Shown here one piece after another: positions 27,756 to 37,654 of a DNA stretch of 64,000 nucleotides. Within the stretch, counting starts at the first letter, position 1, and every line of letters begins with the position of its first letter. Location of the stretch: NCBI GenBank assembly GCA_044229845.1, contig JBGASG010000003.1, positions 352,001 through 416,000 on the forward strand, in the 5' to 3' direction. Both the position numbers and the translations under genes were made by a program. The stretch is from Candidatus Obscuribacteraceae bacterium (lineage in GTDB: Bacteria > Cyanobacteriota > Vampirovibrionia > Obscuribacterales > Obscuribacteraceae). The notes beneath the pieces are model-generated. The model was not told the DNA's origin and ran no database searches. It worked only from the letters and a program-made list of their open reading frames with translations.

Positions 27756-28882
27756 GCACATCTATCTCCAGTTCCGTCCTCATTTTGCATAATCCGGAAA
27801 ACCGCACCCAGGCATTTCTCGATCGCTGGCAAGCGGCTCTGGGCAAACGCGGACTGTTCGCGCTTTGCGTCGGCTCAACCGAATGCAGCGATCTGGACGG
27901 CATCTCGGCTGCCGGCGCCGATGGTCCGGCGCGTCGCCTGACTCCAGCTGTGGATGCAGAAGCGCTCGTCAGCGGGCGCACCAGCACCGCGGCTAAGATT
28001 CCAGTTTCTCCCACCGGCATCGCATCACCAGTAGTGCTATCACGAGCGGCGCTTTCTTTGCTCGACTGCGATGTCGAAGTATTTGACTGCGGCTGTTTCG
28101 TTTCTCCCCAGGTCAATCACGTGAAAGCCGGTGGACACCCGGCGGCTCCCGTCGCCACCGGTGCCGCCTTGCCGGAGCAGACGGTGCGCCGGCTTTTCGA
28201 AGCCGGTCGTCGCCGCGGCGGCGAATTGAGCCGCGACCATGCTTTCCTCTTCATTGCCGAGTGCGTGCCGGCGGGAACGACCACCGCGCTGGCCGTTTTG
28301 AGCGCCATGGGGCATGCCTGCCACACGTTCGCCTCGTGCAGCATGCCGCACAGTATCAACGATTTCCGCTGGCAGATGGTCCAGGAAGGCCTGGCAAAAA
28401 TCCAGCACAGCGTCGAAGACCTGCTGCGCGATCCGCTTCTGGCAATTGCCGCAGTCGGCGATCCGATGCAAGCCTTTGCCGCCGGTCTGGCTTTTGGCGC
28501 CAGCGAGCATGTACCGGTGGTGCTATCGGGCGGCACCCAGATGCTGGCCGTCTGGTCGGTGCTTCGCCAGTTGCTGGCGTCTGAATCTATCGAGCGCGCA
28601 CCGGATGCAGTGGCAGTGATAACCACGCGCTGGGTCGCCTTTGACAAAAACGCCAACGTAAAAAGCATTGCCCAGCTGGTCGATGCTCCCTTTGCCGCGT
28701 CCGGCTTCGCGCTCTCGCAGTCACGTCACGGTGGACTGCGTGCGTATGAAGAAGGAAATGTTAAAGAAGGCGTGGGTGCTGGCGCTCTTCTTACAGCGGC
28801 GCTCTTAGCAGGTACGGCGGAAGACGCGCTTCTGAGCTTGATCGACGACACGTACGCCGACATGCTCGGCGTCGAAGACTAG
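27752..28882 (+). CDS. cobT: CobT-like nicotinate-mononucleotide-dependent phosphoribosyltransferase (cyanobacterial/archaeal type)
   Basis: GISAAGA, TPAVDAE, SPVVLSRA, ECVPAGTTTA, VGDPMQ, GGTQM, YEEGNVKEGVGAG. Confidence 0.85.
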   Translation: MSTSISSSVLILHNPENRTQAFLDRWQAALGKRGLFALCVGSTECSDLDGISAAGADGPARRLTPAVDAEALVSGRTSTAAKIPVSPTGIASPVVLSRAALSLLDCDVEVFDCGCFVSPQVNHVKAGGHPAAPVATGAALPEQTVRRLFEAGRRRGGELSRDHAFLFIAECVPAGTTTALAVLSAMGHACHTFASCSMPHSINDFRWQMVQEGLAKIQHSVEDLLRDPLLAIAAVGDPMQAFAAGLAFGASEHVPVVLSGGTQMLAVWSVLRQLLASESIERAPDAVAVITTRWVAFDKNANVKSIAQLVDAPFAASGFALSQSRHGGLRAYEEGNVKEGVGAGALLTAALLAGTAEDALLSLIDDTYADMLGVED

Positions 28883-28953
28883 CATGCTATGCTGAGTGCT
28901 CAGTGCCGGTCAGTTAATTACACATAGTGCATTTACTAAGAGAGGGCTATCTC

Positions 28954-29163
28954 ATGGTCTTGAGAACAGTGGAAGAACAAGAAGTCAGCATGGACGAATT
29001 GGTCCTTGAACAGCTTGTCACCTGGGTGAAGAAACTGAAAGAAGTCGGTGTCTCCCCAGACAAAGCAGTTGAAGTCGCACAGAATTTCATGCTGGCCTCG
29101 ATGGCTGTCGCCTGCGAAGAAGAAGGCGAAGACGACGACTTCGAAGACGACGACGAAAACTAA
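28954..29163 (+). CDS. Small acidic hypothetical protein
   Basis: 69 aa, GAGGG SD, upstream TGCTATGCT extended -10, D/E-rich tail. Confidence 0.7.
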   Translation: MVLRTVEEQEVSMDELVLEQLVTWVKKLKEVGVSPDKAVEVAQNFMLASMAVACEEEGEDDDFEDDDEN

Positions 29164-29183
29164 ATCAGCACTGAGTTAGCCGG

Positions 29184-30653
29184 CTAACCGGCTACGCAGT
29201 TGCGACCTTTTTCTTTTGCGCGACCGAGGGCTAACTTCGCGTCGCGCAAAACTGTTTCTGGGTTGATGTCGCGCGTTTTGTCGAACTCCGCGCACCCGAC
29301 GCTGATAGTCACTTTGTAGCCGCCGTTGACGCCGGGGACTTGCAGACTTTCCACACCGGCGCGCAGTTTCTCGCCGACCAGTTTTGCGCCTTCGAGATCA
29401 CTGTTGGGAAGCACAACGGCAAACTGATCGCCGGCATAACGCGCCACAAGGTCACTGGAACGCACTATCGTGGACAGTTTTTGCGCCACGTTTTGCAATA
29501 CCCGATCGCCGATCTCGGTGCCGAGGTTGGTGTTGAACTGCAGGAAGTTGTCCACATCGACAATGATCACGCCGACCGGCAGCCCATGTCGATTGGAGAA
29601 CAACAACTGCTGGTTGAGGAAACCCATCAAGAATTCCAGGTTGTACAAACCGGTAATCTGGTCAGTCGACGACCAGTACTGTTGCTGCTGCTGCAAAGCC
29701 TGCACTTCCTGCCGGTGCTGCAGCACTCGCATCACAGACTGCATGTGCAACTTCAATTGTCCGAGGGTTTCTTTGGAGAGATCGTCGAGGTCGCCCTGAC
29801 CGGTCGGCCAGCCAAGCAGCAATGCGCCTACGACCTGCGGTCCGCCCATGCGAATGCACAGCACCTCGGTGACTTTCACTTCGGTTCCTTTTTCTTGCAG
29901 ATCGCAACTGACGATCATGCGCTGGTTGGCACGCATCTCGACAATTTTGGCGGCGTTCAAAACATTTTCTTCGAACGAACTTCTGGCGACGGTGGGTTTG
30001 ACTTGGTACATCCCCCAGGGGGCCACGGGATCGTTGAAGATCAATCCGATCAAATCAGCCTGGAACGTCTTCTCGAGAAACGTGAAGAAGCGCCGCATAA
30101 ATTCGACGCGATCGTCCATAGATTCGATTAAGCCGCGGCAATAGGTGGCGACGGCGCGATCGACAAGCAGTCCGCTGATCAAGTTTCGTTGCGAGCGAAT
30201 CAGATCCGAACCCGAATATTCACCGGAAACAACTGCCGAATCATCGACTTTGTCGAACGGAGGCGCTTTCTTGGCGGCTTCATCCAGAAGTTTCTTCAAA
30301 GTGGTTAGCGTCTTGGCTTCGTCAAACTCGACTTCGCGATAGTCAACGACCGCGCTCGGCTGGGCGGCGCGGAACCAGAAATCTTTCTCGTCGCCCTTTT
30401 CAGCGACCAGGATAATCGGCAAGGTCTCGGTGGCGCGGCTGGAACGCAGAAGCGCCGACAACTCGCAGCCGGTCATGTCAGGCAGTTTGACTGCCGCAAT
30501 CACGCCATGCGCGCCTTCCATGTTCAATTCGTCCAGCGCATCGAAAGCGGTGGTGACAACTATGACATCGTAGCCCTGTTTCTTGAGAGCATCGCGCAGC
30601 ACCCTCATCGGTGTCTTCTGGTCTTCGACAAGCAAAATCTTTTGCTCGGGCAT
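29184..30653 (-). CDS. Receiver-domain/GGDEF-domain protein with degenerate motifs
   Basis: KILLVED REC start; DQITGLYN, VDVDNF, RSSDLVARYAGDQFAVVLP, TISVG, AKEKGRN; probable start ATG 30653. Confidence 0.9.
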   Translation of the reverse strand: MPEQKILLVEDQKTPMRVLRDALKKQGYDVIVVTTAFDALDELNMEGAHGVIAAVKLPDMTGCELSALLRSSRATETLPIILVAEKGDEKDFWFRAAQPSAVVDYREVEFDEAKTLTTLKKLLDEAAKKAPPFDKVDDSAVVSGEYSGSDLIRSQRNLISGLLVDRAVATYCRGLIESMDDRVEFMRRFFTFLEKTFQADLIGLIFNDPVAPWGMYQVKPTVARSSFEENVLNAAKIVEMRANQRMIVSCDLQEKGTEVKVTEVLCIRMGGPQVVGALLLGWPTGQGDLDDLSKETLGQLKLHMQSVMRVLQHRQEVQALQQQQQYWSSTDQITGLYNLEFLMGFLNQQLLFSNRHGLPVGVIIVDVDNFLQFNTNLGTEIGDRVLQNVAQKLSTIVRSSDLVARYAGDQFAVVLPNSDLEGAKLVGEKLRAGVESLQVPGVNGGYKVTISVGCAEFDKTRDINPETVLRDAKLALGRAKEKGRNCVAG

Positions 30654-30804
30654 CGGTACTCTCTTTTCTTCTACTGTCTGGCAACTGGGCGGCTTAGGCG
30701 CTGACAATTCTAGTACATCGGGCAAATCGGCGCAGGCGACAACGCTATGAGTCTCCAGCGCCTGCGGGCATAACATATGTGCCACAGTAAGGCACTCAAC
30801 AACA

Positions 30805-32181
30805 ATGCCCGATAAGAAAGCTGACGCAGTCGAATGGCTAAGCGAGGCGACTGATTCCGAAATCGCCGAAGCTGGATTTCGCCTGGCTGACATGTACTTT
30901 CAGGGGCAGGGGCGTCCGAAAAACACCGAAAAAGCTTTCGAATGGTACCTGAAGGCCGCTGAAAAGGGACATCCGGAGGCCCAGTTGCGTCTGGGCGAAA
31001 TACTTCTCAACGGCACAATCCACAAAAAGAGCTATACCGAGGCTTTCAAATGGTTCGAAAAGGCGGCTGTGAACGGCATGGCTCGCGCTCAGTACCGCCT
31101 GGCCCAGATGTATCTGCAAGGCATTGGCGTGCCCCAGAGTTATGAGAAGGCCGCCGCGTATTACGAACAAGCCTGCGCCCTGGGCATTGCCGACGCGATG
31201 TCTGAGTTGTCGCAGATGTACTTTGACGGCACGGGGGTGCGGCGGGACATTCCAAAGGGTTTGGAGCTGTGCGAGCAAGCCGCGGAGTTGGGTGTGGCCG
31301 ATGCACAACGTCTTTTAGCGGAGCTCTACTTCGAGGGGACGGTGGTCGAGCAAAACTACAACACTGCCCACAAGTGGTTCGGCGAAGCCGCCGTTCAGGG
31401 GGATGTGCGCGCCCAGATTCGCCTGGCTGAAATGCACTATGCCGGGGTTGGCGTACAGCGAGACCTGCGCCAGGCGTCCGAGTGGTACAAGAAAGCCGTA
31501 GACAAAGAATCTCCCGAGGCGATGTTCGAGCTGGCGGTTATGTATCTCCACGGGGAGGGCGTCTCCCAGGACGTGCCGCGAGCCGTACAACTGCTCACGG
31601 AAGCAGCCAAACAGAACGTACCGGGAGCGCAAGCGCGGCTGGGACTTCTCTACCTGTCCGGCGAGGGAGTGACCGAGAACCTGAAAAAAGCGTTCAACTA
31701 CTTGAGACAAGCCGCCGAACAAGGCGTGCCCGAGGCGCAGCAGGAATTAGCCAATCTTTACCAGACCGGGCGCGCCGTTCCAAAGAACTCCAAGTTAGCC
31801 TTCCACTGGTACCACAAAGCCGCAGACAACGGCATCGCCGAAGCCCAGGAACGCATCGCCTATTACTATCTTTCCGGACGATCCGGTCCGCGCTCCATCG
31901 AACAGGCGCTCAAATACTACACTCTGGCAGCCGAGCAAGGCCGGCGCGAATCGCAGGAGAAGCTGGGCGCGATATATGCAGAAGGTATAGGAACCGCTTG
32001 CGACCTGGTAGAAGCCCACAAATGGTTGAGCATTGCCGGCACGGGTGACAGCGAACCCGCGCTGGAGGCGCGTCGCGAGCGAGACCGGGTTGCCAGTCGT
32101 ATGACCGCCACGCAATTGACTCAAGCGCAGCGAAACGCGCTTGCCTGGTGGGAACGCCGACACAACGGAAACGGCGCTTAG
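30805..32181 (+). CDS. Sel1-like repeat protein
   Basis: More than ten repeats of AQ..LA.MY..G.GV..D...A..WY.KAA..G; no signal peptide seen. Confidence 0.95.
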   Translation: MPDKKADAVEWLSEATDSEIAEAGFRLADMYFQGQGRPKNTEKAFEWYLKAAEKGHPEAQLRLGEILLNGTIHKKSYTEAFKWFEKAAVNGMARAQYRLAQMYLQGIGVPQSYEKAAAYYEQACALGIADAMSELSQMYFDGTGVRRDIPKGLELCEQAAELGVADAQRLLAELYFEGTVVEQNYNTAHKWFGEAAVQGDVRAQIRLAEMHYAGVGVQRDLRQASEWYKKAVDKESPEAMFELAVMYLHGEGVSQDVPRAVQLLTEAAKQNVPGAQARLGLLYLSGEGVTENLKKAFNYLRQAAEQGVPEAQQELANLYQTGRAVPKNSKLAFHWYHKAADNGIAEAQERIAYYYLSGRSGPRSIEQALKYYTLAAEQGRRESQEKLGAIYAEGIGTACDLVEAHKWLSIAGTGDSEPALEARRERDRVASRMTATQLTQAQRNALAWWERRHNGNGA

Positions 32182-32264
32182 GCAAGGCAGTTTTCAGTAG
32201 GCTATGATCTCATCCCGTAAATGGCGACGGCGACGCTAAATAGAGGTTCGCCAGCGGAGTCAAA

Positions 32265-33443
32265 ATGCTCACGGATACCAGTTTGAAAGACTCTCCTCTT
32301 TCCTTTCAGTTAACTCAAGAACAAAGCGACATTCAAGAGATGGTGCGCGAAATTGCGCAGAAAGAATTCGCTCCCCGCGCGGCGGAAATAGACCAGAAGC
32401 ACAAGTTTCCCAGAGAAAACTGGGACCTCATGGCCGCATCAGATCTATGTGGTCTGATCTTCCCGGAGGAATACGGCGGCGTCGGGCTCGACCACACCTG
32501 TTATTCCATTGCTGTGGAAGAAATTGCCAAAGCCTGTGCCACCACTTCGGTGATGTATTCAGCGCACGTTTCTCTCACAGCTGCACCCATTTATAAATGG
32601 GGCAACGAAGAGCAGCGCCAGCGCCTTCTGACACCCATGTGTCGGGGTGAAAAAATGGGCGCGTTCTGCCTTTCAGAGCCGGGCTCCGGTTCCGACTCGG
32701 CGGCGGCTAAGTGCATGGCGGTGCGCAAGGGCGACAACTTCATCGTCAATGGTGTCAAAAACTGGATCACCAACGGCATCGAAGCCGACTACTATCTGGT
32801 GATCGCTCAGACCGACACAGCCCTCAAACACAAAGGTCTTGTGGCACTGATCATCGAAAAAGACTCGCCCGGATTCACATTCGGCAAGCTCGAAGACAAG
32901 CTGGGCATCAAGGGATCATCAACCACTCAGGTGATCTATGAAGATACGCCGGTGCCGGTCGAGAACATGCTCGGACAAGTAGGCGACGGCTTCAAAGTAG
33001 CGATGAGCACCCTCGATGGTGGCAGAATCGGCATTGCGTCACAGGCGGTCGGCATCGCGCAAGGCGCGTGGGATCATGCATTTAAGTACGCAAAAGAGCG
33101 CGAAGCGTTCGGCAAGACAATCAATAAACTGCAAGCCATTCAGTTCATGCTGACGGAAATGCAGACCGAAATAGACACGGCGCGCCTGCTCACCTACGAC
33201 GCCTGTGTTGCGCAAGATCGCGGCGAAAAATTCACCAAGCAGGCTGCGATTGCCAAGCTATACGCCGCGGAAGTAGCGATGCGCTCCACCGTAAAGTGCG
33301 TGCAAATCTTCGGCGGATACGGGTATGTAACTGATTATCCGGTAGAGCGCTACATGCGTGACGCCAAAATTACCGAGATCTACGAAGGGACTTCGGAAAT
33401 CCAACGGTTAGTGATAGCGAGCAATCTGTTAAAGGGGCAATAG
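32265..33443 (+). CDS. Acyl-CoA dehydrogenase (short-chain/butyryl-CoA type)
   Basis: FCLSEPGSGSD, KNWITNG, LDGGRIGIA, QIFGGYGY, EIYEGTSEIQR. Confidence 0.95.
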   Translation: MLTDTSLKDSPLSFQLTQEQSDIQEMVREIAQKEFAPRAAEIDQKHKFPRENWDLMAASDLCGLIFPEEYGGVGLDHTCYSIAVEEIAKACATTSVMYSAHVSLTAAPIYKWGNEEQRQRLLTPMCRGEKMGAFCLSEPGSGSDSAAAKCMAVRKGDNFIVNGVKNWITNGIEADYYLVIAQTDTALKHKGLVALIIEKDSPGFTFGKLEDKLGIKGSSTTQVIYEDTPVPVENMLGQVGDGFKVAMSTLDGGRIGIASQAVGIAQGAWDHAFKYAKEREAFGKTINKLQAIQFMLTEMQTEIDTARLLTYDACVAQDRGEKFTKQAAIAKLYAAEVAMRSTVKCVQIFGGYGYVTDYPVERYMRDAKITEIYEGTSEIQRLVIASNLLKGQ

Positions 33444-33446
33444 ACT

Positions 33447-34142
33447 ATGTCGTATCAGCAGCCACCACCGCCGCCACCCGGCTATGGTCAGCAACCATCA
33501 GCACAAGCAACTGCGGAACCCAAACCGCAAACCCTGTACACGCTTTTGCAAGTGGACCCGTCCGCCCACCCGACGATTATCCGCTACGCTTATCGGTACC
33601 TGGCAGGCATCTATCACCCGGATAACGCCGACACCGGAAATGCGGAAGCTTTTCGCGTGATTCAGGAAGCGTGGAAAACGCTTTCGGATACAGGAAAACG
33701 CATGGCGTATGACGCGCAGATCGGTTTGTCGGCGCAGCAGCAAGACGCGCAAGCAGCTCTAGAAAAGGCCGCCGGCGTCAAGTCTAGTGCTCCGCGATTC
33801 ACGTTCGACCGCAATGCCAACGCGCTTTCTTACAACGAAGTTGAGTTGCGCCTGGCGATTCTGCAATTGCTGCTCGATGCCCGCAAAAAACGCGTACAGA
33901 CCGGCGGTATGTCGGCGAAAGCGCTCATGGATGTGCTGAACATCGATATTCACGAGATGGAGTACTCACTCTGGTATTTGCGCGAAAAACATCTGGTTAT
34001 CCGCGAAGAAGCTCAGTTCATGATCTCCGTCCAGGGCGTCGACTATCTGGTCGATTCGCTCACCAAGTCACAAATCGTCGACCAAACAACGAAAACGCCA
34101 CTCACCAGCGCCGGCGTCCAGTTGCCTGCGAAGATTCAGTAA
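33447..34142 (+). CDS. J-domain protein with probable C-terminal winged helix
   Basis: LYTLLQV...YHPD...F..IQEAWKTLSD..KR.AYD; C-terminal LMDVLNI...LWYLREKHLV...ISVQGVDYL. Confidence 0.85.
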   Translation: MSYQQPPPPPPGYGQQPSAQATAEPKPQTLYTLLQVDPSAHPTIIRYAYRYLAGIYHPDNADTGNAEAFRVIQEAWKTLSDTGKRMAYDAQIGLSAQQQDAQAALEKAAGVKSSAPRFTFDRNANALSYNEVELRLAILQLLLDARKKRVQTGGMSAKALMDVLNIDIHEMEYSLWYLREKHLVIREEAQFMISVQGVDYLVDSLTKSQIVDQTTKTPLTSAGVQLPAKIQ

Positions 34143-34178
34143 TAGTCTTCCGGACTTCAGTTCACAACGATCATCAAA

Positions 34179-34213
34179 GAGAACGGGATGCAAAAAATAT
34201 GCATCCCGTTCTC
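34179..34213. terminator. Perfect 14-bp inverted repeat between convergent genes
   Basis: GAGAACGGGATGCA-AAAAATA-TGCATCCCGTTCTC. Confidence 0.8.
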
Positions 34214-34236
34214 GCGTTGACTTTAAATTTGGTGTG

Positions 34237-35427
34237 CTATTTGATCAACTTGATTGGCTTGACCATGGCAATCTTATTCTGCAGTGTGGAAACAGCTACT
34301 TTCATTTGCTGGTCCTGGTCGTCGACCGCAACATCGGGCGTGATGCCAATTTTGTTGATGTCGATGCCGGCTGGCGTGTAGTAGTGGGCGACGGTGATGT
34401 GGACGCCGCTGCCGCCGGGCAGGCGGCTGACTTCTTGCACCAGTCCTTTTCCGAACGTGCGCGTGCCGATCAACGTGGCGCGGCCGTTATCCTTGAGTGC
34501 TCCGGCCAGAATTTCGCTGGCGCTGGCGCTGTCTTTGTCCACCAGCAAGACGATCGGCTGACGGCACATCGCGGCACCGTCAGCGGTGTCGGTAATGGCG
34601 CCACGGCGGCTGACCGTGCTGACAATTTTGCCTTGCGGCAGAAGCATGTCGGCGATTTCGATGGCATTGGCGAGCAGCCCGCCCGGATTGCCGCGCAAGT
34701 CGATGATCAGTCCATCGGCGGTGCTCAATTTGTTGAGTGCATTTCTGAACTCATAAGCGGCGTCGTCAGCCATAAAGGTCTGCAAGTTGATGTAGCCGAT
34801 GTTGTTATTCATGAGCTTGGACGTAACCGAGGGGATGGTTATCTGTTCGCGGCCGATGACCATTTGTTTGGTGGCACTGGCATGGCTGACATTCAACGAA
34901 ACTTTGGATCCGACCGGTCCGCGAATTTTCTTAGCAGCCTGTTCCGGTGTGAAACCCAAACAGGGCTGTCCGTCGATGGCCACGATTTTGTCGCCGCCGA
35001 TCAAACCAGCACGAGCAGCCGGACTGGTGGGAATGACTTGGTTGATTACCAGACCTTCTTTCGAATCGTTTGGCTTGATGCTGATGCCGATGCCGACAAC
35101 CTTGGAGTTGATGGCGTTGTCTTCGTCTTTGAAGGCCTGAGGATCCAGAAATCGAGAATATGGATCCTTCAGACTTTTGAGCATGGTATCGATCGCTTTG
35201 TGAGCGTCTTCAATACTGCTGAGCTTCCCGTCATAGCGATGGCGCCACTGTTCGAAGTCTTGTCCACCGTAACCCGTGTCGACATACGTGTCGCGGACCA
35301 GCTGCCAGGCATGGTCGTAAACTTCTTGAGCGCTAAATCCGGGGCGACTCTGCGCTGAGGATCCCCATGAGGACATAGCAATGATGAGGGCTGCAACAAA
35401 AGCCCCCATGCGTTTAGTTTTTTGCAT
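34237..35427 (-). CDS. ctpA: Carboxyl-terminal processing protease (S41A, PDZ)
   Basis: Signal peptide, L.DPYSRF, GIGI, SPAARAGL, DLRGNPGGLL, SASASEI, TFGKGLVQ, YYTP. Confidence 0.93.
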   Translation of the reverse strand: MQKTKRMGAFVAALIIAMSSWGSSAQSRPGFSAQEVYDHAWQLVRDTYVDTGYGGQDFEQWRHRYDGKLSSIEDAHKAIDTMLKSLKDPYSRFLDPQAFKDEDNAINSKVVGIGISIKPNDSKEGLVINQVIPTSPAARAGLIGGDKIVAIDGQPCLGFTPEQAAKKIRGPVGSKVSLNVSHASATKQMVIGREQITIPSVTSKLMNNNIGYINLQTFMADDAAYEFRNALNKLSTADGLIIDLRGNPGGLLANAIEIADMLLPQGKIVSTVSRRGAITDTADGAAMCRQPIVLLVDKDSASASEILAGALKDNGRATLIGTRTFGKGLVQEVSRLPGGSGVHITVAHYYTPAGIDINKIGITPDVAVDDQDQQMKVAVSTLQNKIAMVKPIKLIK

Positions 35428-35627
35428 GTAGCTGGTTTCTCGGTGGTGTGTGGCGCTGTGAAACGCCTTGCCCAAGGGGTGAAACAAGACGTCTCTAACT
35501 AAACTTAGTTATGCCATAACATCCTTGTTTCTACTAATTAGGCTTGGCTATTGTGTAGAAGTTTTGCAAAAACAATACCGTATAACCCGGTATTCATCAG
35601 GGTTTTCCTAGCTCAGCAATAACAAGA

Positions 35628-37217
35628 TCAGGGCGACTTTTTCGCAGGGGCTGCGGTTGAATCCGCTCCGCTCGCTTCGTGCTGTTGTTTCTCGTCCGGC
35701 TTCACATCGCCATTTGCACGCAGGAAAATAGTGGCGGTATCATCGGCGTATGCCTTAGTCCAATGCGGATCGTCAGACAACAGGAAGGTGAGCGGGATAC
35801 TGCTGGGAATCATGATGTACTCGAATTTGTACTTATCGATGATCTTCCGCCACTCAGGATAAGTGAGATAAAGAGCGGCGTAATCGTTTACCACCTCAGG
35901 CGGGTAGAAGTCCGTTTTGTCATCGAGAAAAATCTTGTCGGTCGTCTCCAGGTTGACGTATCCGCCCCAGTTGTCGCGCGTAAAGCCGAGTCCATGAATG
36001 TTTTTCTGTTCCAGAAACGCCACGGCGCCGACCGGCAAAGAGAACTTGTCGAAGCTTGGCAGCTTGAAGCTCGGCAGTATCAAAAACGCCACAGCCGCAG
36101 CCAGTCCAATCGCACCACCACTGATAGACAGAAACCGACCAAACTTCAAATCATTGTCGAAATCTGCGTCGGTGCGCAACAGGTTTTTGACCGGTGCCCA
36201 TAAATTAGAGTCCGCCAGTTGTGCACGTAAAGCCGGCCAGCAATAGGCGGCGGCGGGCACCGCCAGGAGCGCAAAGTAAGGAATGATGCGCATGGCGTAC
36301 AGCCCGCCGAATCCCAGAGTCAGCACGAAAAGAAACTCGCTCAGACGCGGCTTACGCGGGGAGAAGGTCCAGACCGTGATTAAGATCGCAAAGAGTACGA
36401 GAAACGTCCAGACGGCGAATCCCAGTGAGAAATCCAATGAACGCCATTCGTCGCTCTGATTGCGAATCGAGGGATGAAAAAAGTAATTCACCACATACGA
36501 TACCAGCCCCAATCCCCGCACCGTAAAGAACGATCCAACAGCCGCGGCCAGCAACAGAAGTCCTGCTTGCTTGACGCCGGTTTCTTTCACATCAGCCTTG
36601 AGAGCACGTTTTATGCCGGCTTCGATCAGCAAATAGATGAGCATCAACAATCCGAGTATGGTGCTGCCGTGCACGTTCGACCAGAGCACGAACAAAACGA
36701 AGCAATTGAAAGCGCGCCGCTTGATCGAAGTCTCCGAGACATAGACCAGCCAGTAGAGCCAGGCAAGCATGACATAGCTGAACAGATGTGCGCGAGCCGA
36801 CCAGTGCAACGAACAGGCGGCCAGCGCCAACAAAGTAGTCACGGAGCCGAACAGCAAACCGGCACCGCGCCTGGACGCTGCCGACACCACAACATAGAAG
36901 GCTAATCCGATGGAGACGGCGCCCAGCACCACCACGCCGTTCAGTCCGCCCCACTGGTAGGCTGCCGCCAGCAATATGTCGCCTACAAGTTCATGCGTTG
37001 TCCACGGCGCATCCGGATTTAGCGCCCACACATAGTTGGTGGTCGGGATTTTGAGATGACCGAACATGTAATTGCCGGTGGCGATGTGCCTGGCAGTGGC
37101 ACCGTCTCCGAGCATCAGGTAGGGTCTCATAAAAAACAAAAACAAGAGGCACAGAAGCGCGAAAAAGGCAGCCAGTCCTTTGTGGTGTACTTTTGCGCCC
37201 GCCACTTCTTCAGCCAT
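35628..37217 (-). CDS. Polytopic membrane protein, possible GT-C-fold glycosyltransferase
   Basis: More than ten TM segments; GDGATARH..TG loop, HE, LWSNVHG, EW and FLDDKTDFY motifs; soluble C-terminal domain. Confidence 0.65.
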   Translation of the reverse strand: MAEEVAGAKVHHKGLAAFFALLCLLFLFFMRPYLMLGDGATARHIATGNYMFGHLKIPTTNYVWALNPDAPWTTHELVGDILLAAAYQWGGLNGVVVLGAVSIGLAFYVVVSAASRRGAGLLFGSVTTLLALAACSLHWSARAHLFSYVMLAWLYWLVYVSETSIKRRAFNCFVLFVLWSNVHGSTILGLLMLIYLLIEAGIKRALKADVKETGVKQAGLLLLAAAVGSFFTVRGLGLVSYVVNYFFHPSIRNQSDEWRSLDFSLGFAVWTFLVLFAILITVWTFSPRKPRLSEFLFVLTLGFGGLYAMRIIPYFALLAVPAAAYCWPALRAQLADSNLWAPVKNLLRTDADFDNDLKFGRFLSISGGAIGLAAAVAFLILPSFKLPSFDKFSLPVGAVAFLEQKNIHGLGFTRDNWGGYVNLETTDKIFLDDKTDFYPPEVVNDYAALYLTYPEWRKIIDKYKFEYIMIPSSIPLTFLLSDDPHWTKAYADDTATIFLRANGDVKPDEKQQHEASGADSTAAPAKKSP

Positions 37218-37298
37218 CCCACAATAATACAGGCAGCGCCCGAAGTTTGCGCTGCCTGTATACGATTAGGAGATTTGGCGACTCCTAGTAGTAACTTT

Positions 37299-37550
37299 CT
37301 AGTGGACTCGTACGTGCATGGCGACGATTATGCCGGTCCAGATCATCGCCAGAGGCAGGAACAGGGCAAGGGTCAAGGTCAGGTTTTTGAGCAGCGAATT
37401 GCAAGCGTTTTTCGCTTGTTCAAGCTTGTAAGCCCCTTCCACGCGGGCTGTCCAGACTTGAGCTTCGAGGTCCTTCGCGGTGCGCTGGCAGGCCCGGGAA
37501 ATATTCAGGGACAGGGAGACGCTTTGAAGGGTGGAAGTCAGAGCCGTCAT
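37299..37550 (-). CDS. Small hypothetical protein with C-terminal TM helix
   Basis: 83-aa ORF filling the intergenic gap; hydrophobic C-terminus. Confidence 0.5.
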   Translation of the reverse strand: MTALTSTLQSVSLSLNISRACQRTAKDLEAQVWTARVEGAYKLEQAKNACNSLLKNLTLTLALFLPLAMIWTGIIVAMHVRVH

Positions 37551-37654
37551 TCAGTTCACCTATACCAACCTTGATGCAGCTGAGCATAGATAGAAATTCT
37601 TGAAAAGTTGTGTAAGGGTCGTGGAATTTTCGTGAAATCCGGCGGCGGAAAACG

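Noticed and set aside
34234..35358. Long antisense ORFs (also 12629-13687 and 17152-18096)
   Set aside because: They mirror well-supported genes on the opposite strand, as is common in GC-rich coding DNA.
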